DNA of 64,000 nt from an uncultured Methanosarcinales archaeon (GTDB lineage: Archaea > Nanobdellota > Nanobdellia > Woesearchaeales > UBA583). Both the position numbers and the translations under genes were made by a program. Shown here in pieces: positions 55,196 through 64,000 of the stretch (positions within the stretch are counted from its first letter, which is position 1; each line of letters starts with the position of its first letter). The stretch spans positions 78,803-142,802 of the forward strand of contig CAZULG010000001.1 of the NCBI GenBank assembly GCA_964621065.1, given 5' to 3'. The notes beneath the pieces were generated by a model. It worked only from the letters and a program-made list of their open reading frames with translations, was not told where the DNA came from and searched no databases.

Positions 55196-58045
55196 TTATT
55201 CATACCTACTCCTTAATTCACTATCTACTTCTTTTTGTGCTAGAAACCAACTTCTAGATTTTGACTTTTTCTTCAAATAAGAATCCCAATCAATATTCAG
55301 TCTTTGAGGAGTTTTTCTCTCAATTTCTTGTTGCTCTTGCTCAGTATTATCTTTACTATCAGTCATATTTTCCTGTTGAGTTTTTTTCTCTAAATTATTA
55401 GAGTTTCTTGAACACACACTATTTTTATGGCTACTAGTCTTAGTGTTATCATTCTCATCGTCTTGAGATGAATACTTATACGTTGTTTGAATTCCTCGTC
55501 CTCCAAAAATATCTCTTGAATTTGAATTGGATGAAGTGCGCTGCTTTGACTGCTCAGTATTGTCTTGTTTAATTGTATTTTCATTATTTTCTTTCTTACT
55601 TGATAAAAATGGAAATATGGAGCTGAGTGAGAAACCAGTGAAACCACTAGATGTATTAGACTTGTATTTTGTAGTATTATATTCTGGCTCTGGATTTTGT
55701 GTAAATTTCTTATGAGTTCTTTTAGACGCAGTTTTATTAGTTACATAAACAGGATTTTGTGAGAATATATCTCTTCGACTTTGTTGCCCAGATAAATCAT
55801 TGAGTTTATCTTGATCATATTGGCTTTTTTGTTTATATTGTTGTTCTAGTCTCTTTCTTTTTCTTTCTAATTCTTGTTCTTTTTTCTCCATATCTTTTTT
55901 ATGTTTATCTTCAATTCGCTTATGGATTTCTTTATCAAATGAGACTGTATTTTTTGATGTTGAGTAGGGGAATTTTAAAAAGGAGTTTCCTTTTCGTTTT
56001 TGAATGAGTTGATTATACGCTCTATTTTTATCATGCCAATTTTTCAACAAATCAATTTGAGAATACAAAAATAAAAATACTGCTAACAATGCAAGTATTA
56101 CAAAAATAATCCAAAACCATTGAAGTGGAGAATTTGAAGTACTAGTTGTTTCACTATTGTTCTCACCCAAAATTGAACTTGATAATGTCTCATTTGTTGA
56201 AGTCTCTTGAGCTTTAACTTCTTCACTAGATTGATTTTCGTTTTGATTTTGTAGAGAACGCTCTTCAACTGATGCTTGAGTGTTTTGATTTTGAGGAGAT
56301 GATTGAATTGTTATCTCTTCTCTTCTCGAGTTAGAGTAGTCATCTTCTAGAAATAAATTCATTGTAAATTGCTCTTCAAGTCTAGTTATGTCAAATTCAA
56401 TAACATCACTGTTTGTCTCAATGCTGTATGTTGAATCCTCTCTTTTAGTTATTTGGGCTCCTTGAACATTTGAAATTTCAACCATTGAATCATTGAATTC
56501 TACATCATTTTTAGACTCAAATTGTATTGAACCTCTCAAATTGTCTTCGCTTTGAATAATTATTCTCTCTTGAGTATCATCTTCACTCTCTTGTGTGTAA
56601 TAATCAAATGATATTGTAACTTTTCGTGGAGACAACTCAAATAGTTTACTTATTTGTCTATTCCCTGCTCTATCTATTGCCTCTAGCTCATATTCATATT
56701 CTTCTTGATATTCAACATCTTCATCAACATATGTTGAACCAGATTCATCTAGTCGAATTGTTTGAGAATTTTTCAACAAATTAAGTCTTGTAGTATCACT
56801 ATCTGCTTTATATAAAATTTTAATATGACCATTTTCATCCGCTTCAACATCAAAGCGAGTAATACTAGGAGGCGTTGTATCAACCACTACTTCAAATTCT
56901 TCTTGTGAAATTGAATTATTATTTAAACACTCTACTATAATCGTGTACGTATTATCACCAATATTGTTTGATGAAATATCTAAAACAAAATTATCTGAGT
57001 TGGTTCTCTCAAATTCTCTATTGTTTGTATTAAACCCACTTTTTAACATACAAGAAGTTGCTTGAGGAGAAGTTACAATTAGCTCATCAGATATATATTC
57101 TTCACTCTCAATTGTTGGCATCTCAAAGTTTGAAAAGTTATATTCCTGTGTGTTGTTGAATATATCTTCTACTTCAAATCGTATTTGATCAGGCATAGTA
57201 TTGAGTTGTTGAATAATTGTATCTTGTGTTTGATTATTTGTATATGTTTGAGCATGTTCAATATTACCAATAAACATCCTCCAACGCTTAATTCCGCTCA
57301 TATCTGTAATTGTAAAATTCGTAGAATATGTGTCTTGATAAGAACGTTTAATTGTAAAATTTTCAATTTGTGGCGCAAAAATATCTTCAACTCTAATATG
57401 TCTTGTAACTAGTTTCTCATTACCTGCTCTATCACGAGATAATACTTCAATTGTATAATTTCCTGTTTTTGAAAGTGGCAAACTAGCATTAAATGTTGAA
57501 GTGTTGTAAGTTTGGGAAAATTCAACATTTTGTGAAGAGTTTTGTGACTCATAAAGTACTTTTAACGAAGAAGAGTCAACATATAAATTATCCGTGCTAT
57601 TTACATCAATGAGTAATTGTTTTGATTTTGAATGAATTGAGTAATTGAGTTGGATTGATGGTGAAATGAAATCAATATAAATTGTTTGAATATCATTTGT
57701 ATCATTGTTTTGAGAAAAGTCAAAAGAAACTGCACTCATAAATGATGTATTTGTTGATTGAATATAATTATTTAATGTATCTTGAACACAGTATTGTGAC
57801 TCAATTTGAGTAATCGTGCAGTTTTGAGGCACAAATGATTGAGTAAATGTAGTGTTGTCAATTGTATAAGTGAGTGAAACATTGTTTGAATTATTCGTTG
57901 CAATGATATAATCTAAATTAGACAAAGAGAAATATTCTTGATTCTCAAAATCTTCATTAAATATTTGAAATGATGAAAATACACAAGGAATAAAAATGAA
58001 TAAAGATAGCGCAAATATAATATATCGAAGAGAGAAAGAGTTCAT
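55196..58045 (-). CDS. large type I membrane protein: sequon-rich extracellular Ig-like modules, one TM, long K/Q/S-rich cytoplasmic tail
   Basis: A signal peptide is followed by about 640 aa of beta-rich extracellular region, a TM (WFWIIFVILALLAVFLFLY) and about 290 aa of low-complexity basic tail. Its stop lies 2 nt from the downstream gene start. Confidence 0.6.
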   Translation of the reverse strand: MNSFSLRYIIFALSLFIFIPCVFSSFQIFNEDFENQEYFSLSNLDYIIATNNSNNVSLTYTIDNTTFTQSFVPQNCTITQIESQYCVQDTLNNYIQSTNTSFMSAVSFDFSQNNDTNDIQTIYIDFISPSIQLNYSIHSKSKQLLIDVNSTDNLYVDSSSLKVLYESQNSSQNVEFSQTYNTSTFNASLPLSKTGNYTIEVLSRDRAGNEKLVTRHIRVEDIFAPQIENFTIKRSYQDTYSTNFTITDMSGIKRWRMFIGNIEHAQTYTNNQTQDTIIQQLNTMPDQIRFEVEDIFNNTQEYNFSNFEMPTIESEEYISDELIVTSPQATSCMLKSGFNTNNREFERTNSDNFVLDISSNNIGDNTYTIIVECLNNNSISQEEFEVVVDTTPPSITRFDVEADENGHIKILYKADSDTTRLNLLKNSQTIRLDESGSTYVDEDVEYQEEYEYELEAIDRAGNRQISKLFELSPRKVTISFDYYTQESEDDTQERIIIQSEDNLRGSIQFESKNDVEFNDSMVEISNVQGAQITKREDSTYSIETNSDVIEFDITRLEEQFTMNLFLEDDYSNSRREEITIQSSPQNQNTQASVEERSLQNQNENQSSEEVKAQETSTNETLSSSILGENNSETTSTSNSPLQWFWIIFVILALLAVFLFLYSQIDLLKNWHDKNRAYNQLIQKRKGNSFLKFPYSTSKNTVSFDKEIHKRIEDKHKKDMEKKEQELERKRKRLEQQYKQKSQYDQDKLNDLSGQQSRRDIFSQNPVYVTNKTASKRTHKKFTQNPEPEYNTTKYKSNTSSGFTGFSLSSIFPFLSSKKENNENTIKQDNTEQSKQRTSSNSNSRDIFGGRGIQTTYKYSSQDDENDNTKTSSHKNSVCSRNSNNLEKKTQQENMTDSKDNTEQEQQEIERKTPQRLNIDWDSYLKKKSKSRSWFLAQKEVDSELRSRYE

Positions 58046-58158
58046 ATTAGTTTGTGAATATTTATGTTTAAAAAAATTTGCATACTATTTACAAAGTGAC
58101 AATTAAGAGAATAATATTTCACAAAGATTTAAAAACAAACATTTGATTATTAAAGTAT

Positions 58159-58233
58159 CCTCCGGTAGTGTAGTCCGGCCAATCATGCAGCCCTCTCACG
58201 GCTGTGACCCGGGTTCGAATCCCGGCCGGAGGG
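58159..58233 (+). tRNA. tRNA-Glu (anticodon CTC)
   Basis: Hand-folded. The acceptor is CCTCCGG/CCGGAGG. The anticodon stem is CAGCC/GGCTG with loop CTCTCAC. The T arm is CCGGG-TTCGAAT-CCCGG. Confidence 0.85.
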
Positions 58234-58297
58234 TTTAATTTAATTATTATATAGAATTTAATGTGTATAAATCAAATTTACTAAATTTGAAAGCAAG

Positions 58298-58306
58298 TTT
58301 ATAAAT
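58298..58306 (+). promoter_or_regulatory. TATA box candidate for the HNH gene
   Basis: TTTATAAAT ends 20 nt before the ATG at 58327. Confidence 0.45.
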
Positions 58307-58326
58307 AATAAAACTTGATTTTCTTT

Positions 58327-58746
58327 ATGTATAAAAAAATTCAATCTTATGAATATATAGATTCTAAAGGATATAAAAGATATAAATCCAACAAAAAACT
58401 AATTCATAGAAATGTAGCATTTAAGTATTGTGAAAAACATCCTTTTGAAAAATTTAAAAACTGTGAAGTTCATCATATTGATGGTAATAAGTTAAATAAT
58501 AGCTCTAAAAATTTATTTATAGTTACAAGAGATGAACATACACGTTTGCATAAAAACAATGCATCAATAGATGGAATTAAGAATAGTAGAAGTTTTAGAA
58601 TTGAAGCCAAACAAAATGAAAGAGATAATTTCAAATTACGAGAAAAAGAATTACAAATTAAAAGAAATAAGTTGGCATTAATTATTTTTATAATTTTAAT
58701 TTTAATACCATTAATTCTCATTATCATCTCAATATTGATAATCTGA
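58327..58746 (+). CDS. HNH endonuclease-like protein with C-terminal TM helix
   Basis: CEVHHIDGNKLNNSSKNLFIVTRDEHTRLH is an HNH motif. The hydrophobic tail is LALIIFIILILIPLILIIISILII. ATG at 58327 is 20 nt after the TATA box. Confidence 0.65.
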   Translation: MYKKIQSYEYIDSKGYKRYKSNKKLIHRNVAFKYCEKHPFEKFKNCEVHHIDGNKLNNSSKNLFIVTRDEHTRLHKNNASIDGIKNSRSFRIEAKQNERDNFKLREKELQIKRNKLALIIFIILILIPLILIIISILII

Positions 58747-58839
58747 TTTTGTAGTTACAAATTATCTGAATAAATTTTATACATTGTCCCTTATACTACA
58801 TAACTTTTAGAAAAAATTCTATTGAAAATAGGAGCCGCC

Positions 58840-59766
58840 CTACTCCTCTTTGTCTTCTTCTTTATCAATAAACTCCATCACTGAGAGTGATATATTCTTC
58901 TTAATTTGATGTTCAACTTTAAAATCATAATTCTTCACGGGAATTTCTGCACTCAAACTCGCTCCTTGATGATTAATTGTATTTACTTGAATGGCAAAAT
59001 TCTCACTCTCAATGTGACCTTCAAACTCTTTAATTAAATTTTTAACAATTACTCTCTCAACTTTTCGAACTTTTGTAAACAGTGATTTATCAATTTCAAA
59101 ATCATAAATAATTTTTTTAGCCTTTACTTTTGAAAAATTCACAACTTCTTTTTGCATTAATAATGTATTTGGAAAAAATACAACATCACCCTCATCAGTT
59201 ATAAGCTTAATATTTAAAAAGCGAATATCTTTAATTCTTCCTTTCACATTATCAATATGAATGTAATCTCCAATTTTAAAATCCTCTGAAAATATTATAA
59301 TAAGGCCATCTATAATATTTGCAATATAATCTTTAAAAATCCACGCAAATGCAACTGAAACAAGAGCAAATGTTGCAAAAAAATTAACAATTTCAACACC
59401 TGAATAATACAAAGTTCCAAAAAACATAATAATACTCAAAAGTAGCCAATATAAATTATCAATTCCAATAATTGTATTATCGTGTCTTCCAACAGATAGT
59501 TTATTTCGCTTTCGATATATAGTAATTAAAATTGCCTTACCCGTGCTCAAAAGTAAGGAAATACAAAAATAAAACAACAATAAATCAATTATTCGCTGTA
59601 TTATAGTTGAGAACTCATCATACGCCATCACTAGGCGAATATAAAATAGAGCAATAACTGCAATTATACTAATATACAAAGACAATTTACGTTTAAGTGA
59701 CACCTTTAAAAATGATAATTCAATAAAATTTGAAATAGCATTACTTTTCAAAAAACTTTTTTTCAT
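58840..59766 (-). CDS. small-conductance mechanosensitive channel (MscS family)
   Basis: TM helices are followed by FKIGDYIHIDNVKGRIKDIRFLNIKLITDEGDVVFFPN. Confidence 0.8.
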   Translation of the reverse strand: MKKSFLKSNAISNFIELSFLKVSLKRKLSLYISIIAVIALFYIRLVMAYDEFSTIIQRIIDLLLFYFCISLLLSTGKAILITIYRKRNKLSVGRHDNTIIGIDNLYWLLLSIIMFFGTLYYSGVEIVNFFATFALVSVAFAWIFKDYIANIIDGLIIIFSEDFKIGDYIHIDNVKGRIKDIRFLNIKLITDEGDVVFFPNTLLMQKEVVNFSKVKAKKIIYDFEIDKSLFTKVRKVERVIVKNLIKEFEGHIESENFAIQVNTINHQGASLSAEIPVKNYDFKVEHQIKKNISLSVMEFIDKEEDKEE

Positions 59767-59927
59767 CGCAAATGGAAAAGATAATTCAATTATTTAAAAC
59801 AATCTAACCTTACTACTTGTTAATTTTTACTTTTGAAATGATTATACTTTTATAATACATAAAAAGAATTTTGTCATTATCACATTATACATTAATTTAT
59901 AAAAATTGAAATACTATAATTATTACA

Positions 59928-60395
59928 ATGCAAGTACAAACAACTCAAATTAATAGAAGTAAAAAAGTAAGTGAAGAGTTAAACACACTTCTAGCAAGTG
60001 AATATACACTCTATACAAAGTTGAGAAATTTCCACTGGAATGTTGTTGGACCTCACTTTCAAGAATATCATAAATTCTTTGAAGAAACATATGAAGAAGT
60101 AGAAACTCACATTGATGACACTGCAGAGAAAGTAAGAACACTTGGATTTAGACCTCTCTCAAGTATGGAGGAGTTTTTAAAACACACATTTTTAAAAGAG
60201 AGTACAACTCAGAATATGAGTGCTCAAGAAATGCTTAGTGAACTTGCTCAAGATTACAAAGCTATGATTACTCAATTAAACGCTAAAATTAAAGTATGTC
60301 AAGATGAAAAAGATGTAGGAGTAGAAGATTTTTTGACAGGAATTTTACAAGAATATGAGAAAAAATTATGGATGATTGAGAGTATGAATTCATAA
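59928..60395 (+). CDS. dps: Dps family ferritin-like DNA-protection protein
   Basis: LYTKLRNFHWNVVGPHFQEYHKFFEETYEEVETHIDDTAEKVRTLG. Confidence 0.85.
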   Translation: MQVQTTQINRSKKVSEELNTLLASEYTLYTKLRNFHWNVVGPHFQEYHKFFEETYEEVETHIDDTAEKVRTLGFRPLSSMEEFLKHTFLKESTTQNMSAQEMLSELAQDYKAMITQLNAKIKVCQDEKDVGVEDFLTGILQEYEKKLWMIESMNS

Positions 60396-60436
60396 ATTTT
60401 TTATAATATCATTTTATTAGACAAAATATTCTAGCT

Positions 60437-60874
60437 TTAAGAATATAATTGTAATTTCTCTATAATATTATGCAACGCATTTGATCTATTGGGTGATAAA
60501 AATTGCTCCAAACCAATTTGATTAGAAAATTCTTTGAATTGAATAATATTTTCCTCCAACTCTTCTTTAAAAGAATTATCTAAAGATTGCTTTAAAATTG
60601 CTAAAAATCCTTGAATAATAAGAGCGTCTGCATAATAATCAATAGTAACTATCTCCTTATTATTTAATTCTTGAATTGAAGTAAGAGCAATATATGCATC
60701 ACTCACACATCCTTGAATTTTAAATTCCTCTTTTTTTGCAAACTCACTATTTTCAAATTCTTTTGCCATATCAAGAATGTATTGGATTTTCTCCATAGGA
60801 GATTCTAAATACTCAATATCTTCACCAATTTCATCAAATACTTCTTTTACTGCAACTTTACTTTTACTCTTCAT
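60437..60874 (-). CDS. sufE: SufE-like sulfur acceptor protein
   Basis: EKIQYILDMAKEF...KIQGCVSDAYIAL contains the conserved Cys context. The start is chosen at MKSKSK (60874) to minimise overlap with grpE. Confidence 0.65.
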   Translation of the reverse strand: MKSKSKVAVKEVFDEIGEDIEYLESPMEKIQYILDMAKEFENSEFAKKEEFKIQGCVSDAYIALTSIQELNNKEIVTIDYYADALIIQGFLAILKQSLDNSFKEELEENIIQFKEFSNQIGLEQFLSPNRSNALHNIIEKLQLYS

Positions 60875-61562
60875 CTTCTTCTTTATCCTTATCAGCCATG
60901 TCATCACTATCTTCTTCTTGAGCGTCACTTTGTTCAACAGCGTCATCTCTAAATTTGACGACTTGAACTCTTGCAGGGCGAATAATAGAATCTTTCATTT
61001 TATACCCTTTTGTAAGCACATTTGTAATTGTTCCAGGAGGATGTTCTTCATGTTCAACTAAAATTGGTTCATGCTCTTTAACATTAAATTCTTGACCAAT
61101 TTGCGGTTCATATACTGAAATTGAATGATTTTGCAGCACATTTAACAAATTTTGATGAATCATCTCAACTCCTTTAATAAACATTGTTGTATCATTAGTC
61201 ATCTTCAAACTCATCTCAAAATTATCAATATTTGGAAGTAAATCTTCAACAAAATTTGAAATCGCTCTCTCACGTGCTTTTTGCATATCCTCTTGCATTC
61301 GCTTCCTATAATTTTCAAAATCAGCTTTAAGTCTCAAATAATCATCTTTTAATTGTCTCACTTCTTGTTCTAATTCTTCTTCTCTTGACATCTCTTCTAC
61401 GTTCTCCTCTGTATTCTCTGATGCATCTACTTCTACATACTCATCTTCTTTTGAATTTGCGTCTTGAGTTTTCATACTCTCATCCATTTTCATATCTTTA
61501 TCAAATGTATTTGAATTTTGTTTTTTTTCATTCGTATTTTTTTCCATATCTAGTAAAATCAC
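60864..61562 (-). CDS. grpE: nucleotide exchange factor GrpE with acidic N- and C-terminal extensions
   Basis: LKDDYLRLKADFENYRKRMQEDMQKARERAISNFVEDLLPNIDNFEMSL. Confidence 0.85.
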   Translation of the reverse strand: MILLDMEKNTNEKKQNSNTFDKDMKMDESMKTQDANSKEDEYVEVDASENTEENVEEMSREEELEQEVRQLKDDYLRLKADFENYRKRMQEDMQKARERAISNFVEDLLPNIDNFEMSLKMTNDTTMFIKGVEMIHQNLLNVLQNHSISVYEPQIGQEFNVKEHEPILVEHEEHPPGTITNVLTKGYKMKDSIIRPARVQVVKFRDDAVEQSDAQEEDSDDMADKDKEEDEE

Positions 61563-61631
61563 CCTATATTTAAATGTTTTGTGAAAAAAATAACACTCTC
61601 ATTTACTATTCTGCTACACTTGGACCATGTG

Positions 61632-62438
61632 CTATTTTGATTTTTTAAACGGATTAAGATATGAATTACTCTCATCAATTGTGACGTATTTTTTTTTGGA
61701 GAATTCATCAACAGACACACCACTCTCCCTCTGTTTGTTATTTTGTAATTTTGAAATATTTTTACGCTTATTATTATCAGTGCTCTTATTATTTTTTCTA
61801 TCAAACACAACAACTTCAGGTGGAGATCTTGAATTTTTTCTTGAAATATGCGCTTGAACTTGAGAAACATTCATATTTGAGAGAGATCGTTTTGAAATCA
61901 AAAATGCAACTCCTATTCCTGAAGCCATACCAATAATATGAGCTGTATTTGCAACATTATTCATCCCCAATGCTCCAACAAAATCAAATATGAAATAAAT
62001 AAATGCAAGTGTTCGAAGTTGAATTGGCATAACTGCTAGTAAATAAAATGTAACTTTTGGAAATAAAAAAGCACTCGCTCCCACAAGAGCCATAACACCT
62101 GCACTTGCTCCCAAAGCAGCATCATAAATGAAATTACCAACCAGTCCTGCTATTAAACCTGAACCAAAATAGAGTAAATAATACTCGTATTGCTTCAAAC
62201 GTGTTTCAAGTAATTGCCCAAATATCAACACACCAAACATATTGAAGAGAAGATGTGAAAAATCAGCGTGTAGAAACATATGTGTAAGTAGAGTATATGG
62301 AGCAGTAAATATGTCCCCCTTACTCATTACAAAATTACTACTCACTTCTGGATAGAGCATTTGAATAATAAATGCAATAATTGTTACAATTATAATTACT
62401 ACAGTTGGACCGTTTTTATTTAAATTAAAAATTATCAT
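61632..62438 (-). CDS. rhomboid family intramembrane serine protease (second copy) with basic C-terminal tail
   Basis: HMFLHADFSHLLFNMFGVLIFG, GASAGVMALVGA, AHIIGMASGI. Confidence 0.8.
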   Translation of the reverse strand: MIIFNLNKNGPTVVIIIVTIIAFIIQMLYPEVSSNFVMSKGDIFTAPYTLLTHMFLHADFSHLLFNMFGVLIFGQLLETRLKQYEYYLLYFGSGLIAGLVGNFIYDAALGASAGVMALVGASAFLFPKVTFYLLAVMPIQLRTLAFIYFIFDFVGALGMNNVANTAHIIGMASGIGVAFLISKRSLSNMNVSQVQAHISRKNSRSPPEVVVFDRKNNKSTDNNKRKNISKLQNNKQRESGVSVDEFSKKKYVTIDESNSYLNPFKKSK

Positions 62439-62485
62439 TTTATATGTTATTGTATATTTAATAAGATAATAGTGTATTTATTAAA

Positions 62486-62932
62486 CTATTTAATTTCAAT
62501 ATAGGATGAATCATCATCAGTATTGTTTTTTGAAAACATTTTCTTTTTAGCTGAGTGATAAAATGAAGTAATTGGTGTTTTTTTAAATACATCTTTTTTT
62601 TTTGTTGAATTCATAACATAATATTTTGTATTTTTTGTATTTTTTTTATTAAAGCGAATTCTATCAAATATATCAATACTTTTTGTAATAAGAGAATATG
62701 AATATTTATCAATACATATATATAAAATAATTGCTAAGAGCAGAACTACTAGCGATGAGATAATAATATTGTTAATTATTGCAAATAAAATTGCACAGAT
62801 TAATATAAAAAATATTAGTATAGAAAAACTAACAAAAAAGTAATATTTTTTGAATTGTAACTCTTTAGATTTTGAGTGGAAAAAAGATGAAATATCTCTT
62901 TTAACACCCTTTGAATCTGTAATTTTCATCAA
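62486..62932 (-). CDS. hypothetical membrane protein
   Basis: 148-aa ORF with two hydrophobic helices and basic termini. Confidence 0.4.
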   Translation of the reverse strand: MMKITDSKGVKRDISSFFHSKSKELQFKKYYFFVSFSILIFFILICAILFAIINNIIISSLVVLLLAIILYICIDKYSYSLITKSIDIFDRIRFNKKNTKNTKYYVMNSTKKKDVFKKTPITSFYHSAKKKMFSKNNTDDDSSYIEIK

Positions 62933-63008
62933 TGAATAAGAATAATCTGTTCTTTTTAAAGCTATTGTTTATTGATAATAGAAAAAAATGAACAATATTT
63001 TTTAATCT

Positions 63009-64000
63009 TTAATTCACAACAATTTCTAAGAGCGCTGTTAAAATTCTTGAAAATCTCAAGCTCAATGAGTTTGAAGACTGATCATTGTCATCTTGCACAT
63101 AAACTTCCCATTCTTGACCAACACTATCTGAATTCAAATAATCATCTTCTTCTAAAGTTAATTCTCTTAAAGACGAATCATCTGTGATTGAAAATGTGGA
63201 AATAAGTTCACCATTTAAAAATAATCTATGCTCACCATCAATATTTGGAGTGAAATCAAATGTCAAATCTCCAGATGTAAATGTGAAACCTTCACTTGTT
63301 AAAATAACATTATTATTTTTATTTAAATCTAATTCTAACAAAGACGTAGGTGTCTGGTTAGTGTTTGTAATTGGAACTGTATCACCATTTGAATTAAGAT
63401 CACTATAATCAATCACTACAACATTTCCATCTTCATCAATAGTAATAATAGGATTTCCATTATTATCAGTAATAAGAGGATCGCCATTTGGATCAACAAT
63501 TATAGTATTTCCATCTTCATCAGTAGAAAGAGACGGATTACTAGGACCAGTTGGATTTCCATCATCATCAATTGTTACAGGGTTACCATTATCATCAATA
63601 ATAACTGTATCTTGATTATCATCAATAATAATACGAGAATCTCCATCTTCATCAGTTACAACAGGATCTCCATTTTCATCTGTAATTATCGTATTTCCAT
63701 CCCCATCATCACTTTGTTGCGGATTATTAGATCCAGTTGGATTTCCATCTTCATCAATTACAACAACAGGTGTTCCATCATCAACAGTAGTATCACCTCC
63801 AACATCTACTGAATCTCCATTCTCATCATAAAAATTAATGTTTACAAGATTATTAAAATCAGTTAATTCAATATCTTGACATACAAAAAATCGCTCTTCT
63901 ACTCTACAATTTTTCCCATCTGCACTCACTTGAGATATTTCTTGATTTCCTAATATTCTTCCCTGAATTGTTCCAGTGTTTGAGTCTGTATATTTTCTCA
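63009..64000 (-). CDS. secreted repeat protein with D/N/G-rich short repeats (C-terminal part; gene runs off right edge)
   Basis: The frame stays open upstream of the listed GTG to the window edge (..RKYTDSNTGTIQGRILGNQEISQVSADG..). It contains many repeats of the type I(I/T)DE(D/N)G(N/D)P(V/I). Confidence 0.55.
   Translation of the reverse strand, partial: RKYTDSNTGTIQGRILGNQEISQVSADGKNCRVEERFFVCQDIELTDFNNLVNINFYDENGDSVDVGGDTTVDDGTPVVVIDEDGNPTGSNNPQQSDDGDGNTIITDENGDPVVTDEDGDSRIIIDDNQDTVIIDDNGNPVTIDDDGNPTGPSNPSLSTDEDGNTIIVDPNGDPLITDNNGNPIITIDEDGNVVVIDYSDLNSNGDTVPITNTNQTPTSLLELDLNKNNNVILTSEGFTFTSGDLTFDFTPNIDGEHRLFLNGELISTFSITDDSSLRELTLEEDDYLNSDSVGQEWEVYVQDDNDQSSNSLSLRFSRILTALLEIVVN

Noticed and set aside
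61559-61870. The 103-aa ORF between grpE and the rhomboid gene.
   Set aside because: It overlaps the basic C-terminal tail of the rhomboid ORF in another frame and has an implausible composition. The rhomboid frame is continuous from its conserved core.

Overview
AT-rich (about 30% G+C by eye) archaeal genome segment. It is most consistent with a small-genome DPANN-type archaeon (Woese-/Pace-/Nanoarchaeota-like), which is inference from gene content. Archaeal/eukaryal-type information genes are present: an S17-to-S5 ribosomal protein cluster with eS4, eL32 and eL19, plus eL42, uS2, TFE, FEN-1, RPA and SBDS. They are interleaved with many bacterial-type genes: Lgt, bacterial AspRS, GpmI, a Glk fusion, GrpE, Dps, SufE and a half-size UvrA. 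There are also many secreted, sequon-rich or acidic surface proteins (DUF2341/PA14, CARDB-like, LamG, FGE-domain, Kazal-like), several with archaeal pilin-like (class III) signal peptides. Three tRNAs are present: Leu-CAA, Pro-UGG and Glu-CUC. No rRNA, CRISPR array or clear transposon was seen. First genes of transcription units carry a TTTATAAAT-like box ending 20-24 nt before the start codon, which suggests leaderless mRNAs. Genes internal to the r-protein operon carry GGAGG-type Shine-Dalgarno sequences. The most unusual observation is a C39-like papain-fold cysteine peptidase module embedded inside valyl-tRNA synthetase. Other notable points:
- a giant adhesin split by a frameshift inside a PA14 domain
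- a stand-alone C-terminal half of UvrA
- a ribulose-phosphate-epimerase-like/glucokinase fusion
- an operon of a pilin-like FGE-domain protein and a 949-aa partner, carrying a sharp GC spike
- an IMPACT/YigZ gene with an in-frame stop
- a duplicated tRNA-Leu 3' end
- a bacterial Lgt together with a lipobox protein
All family calls are from motif recognition by eye and need HMM or structure confirmation.
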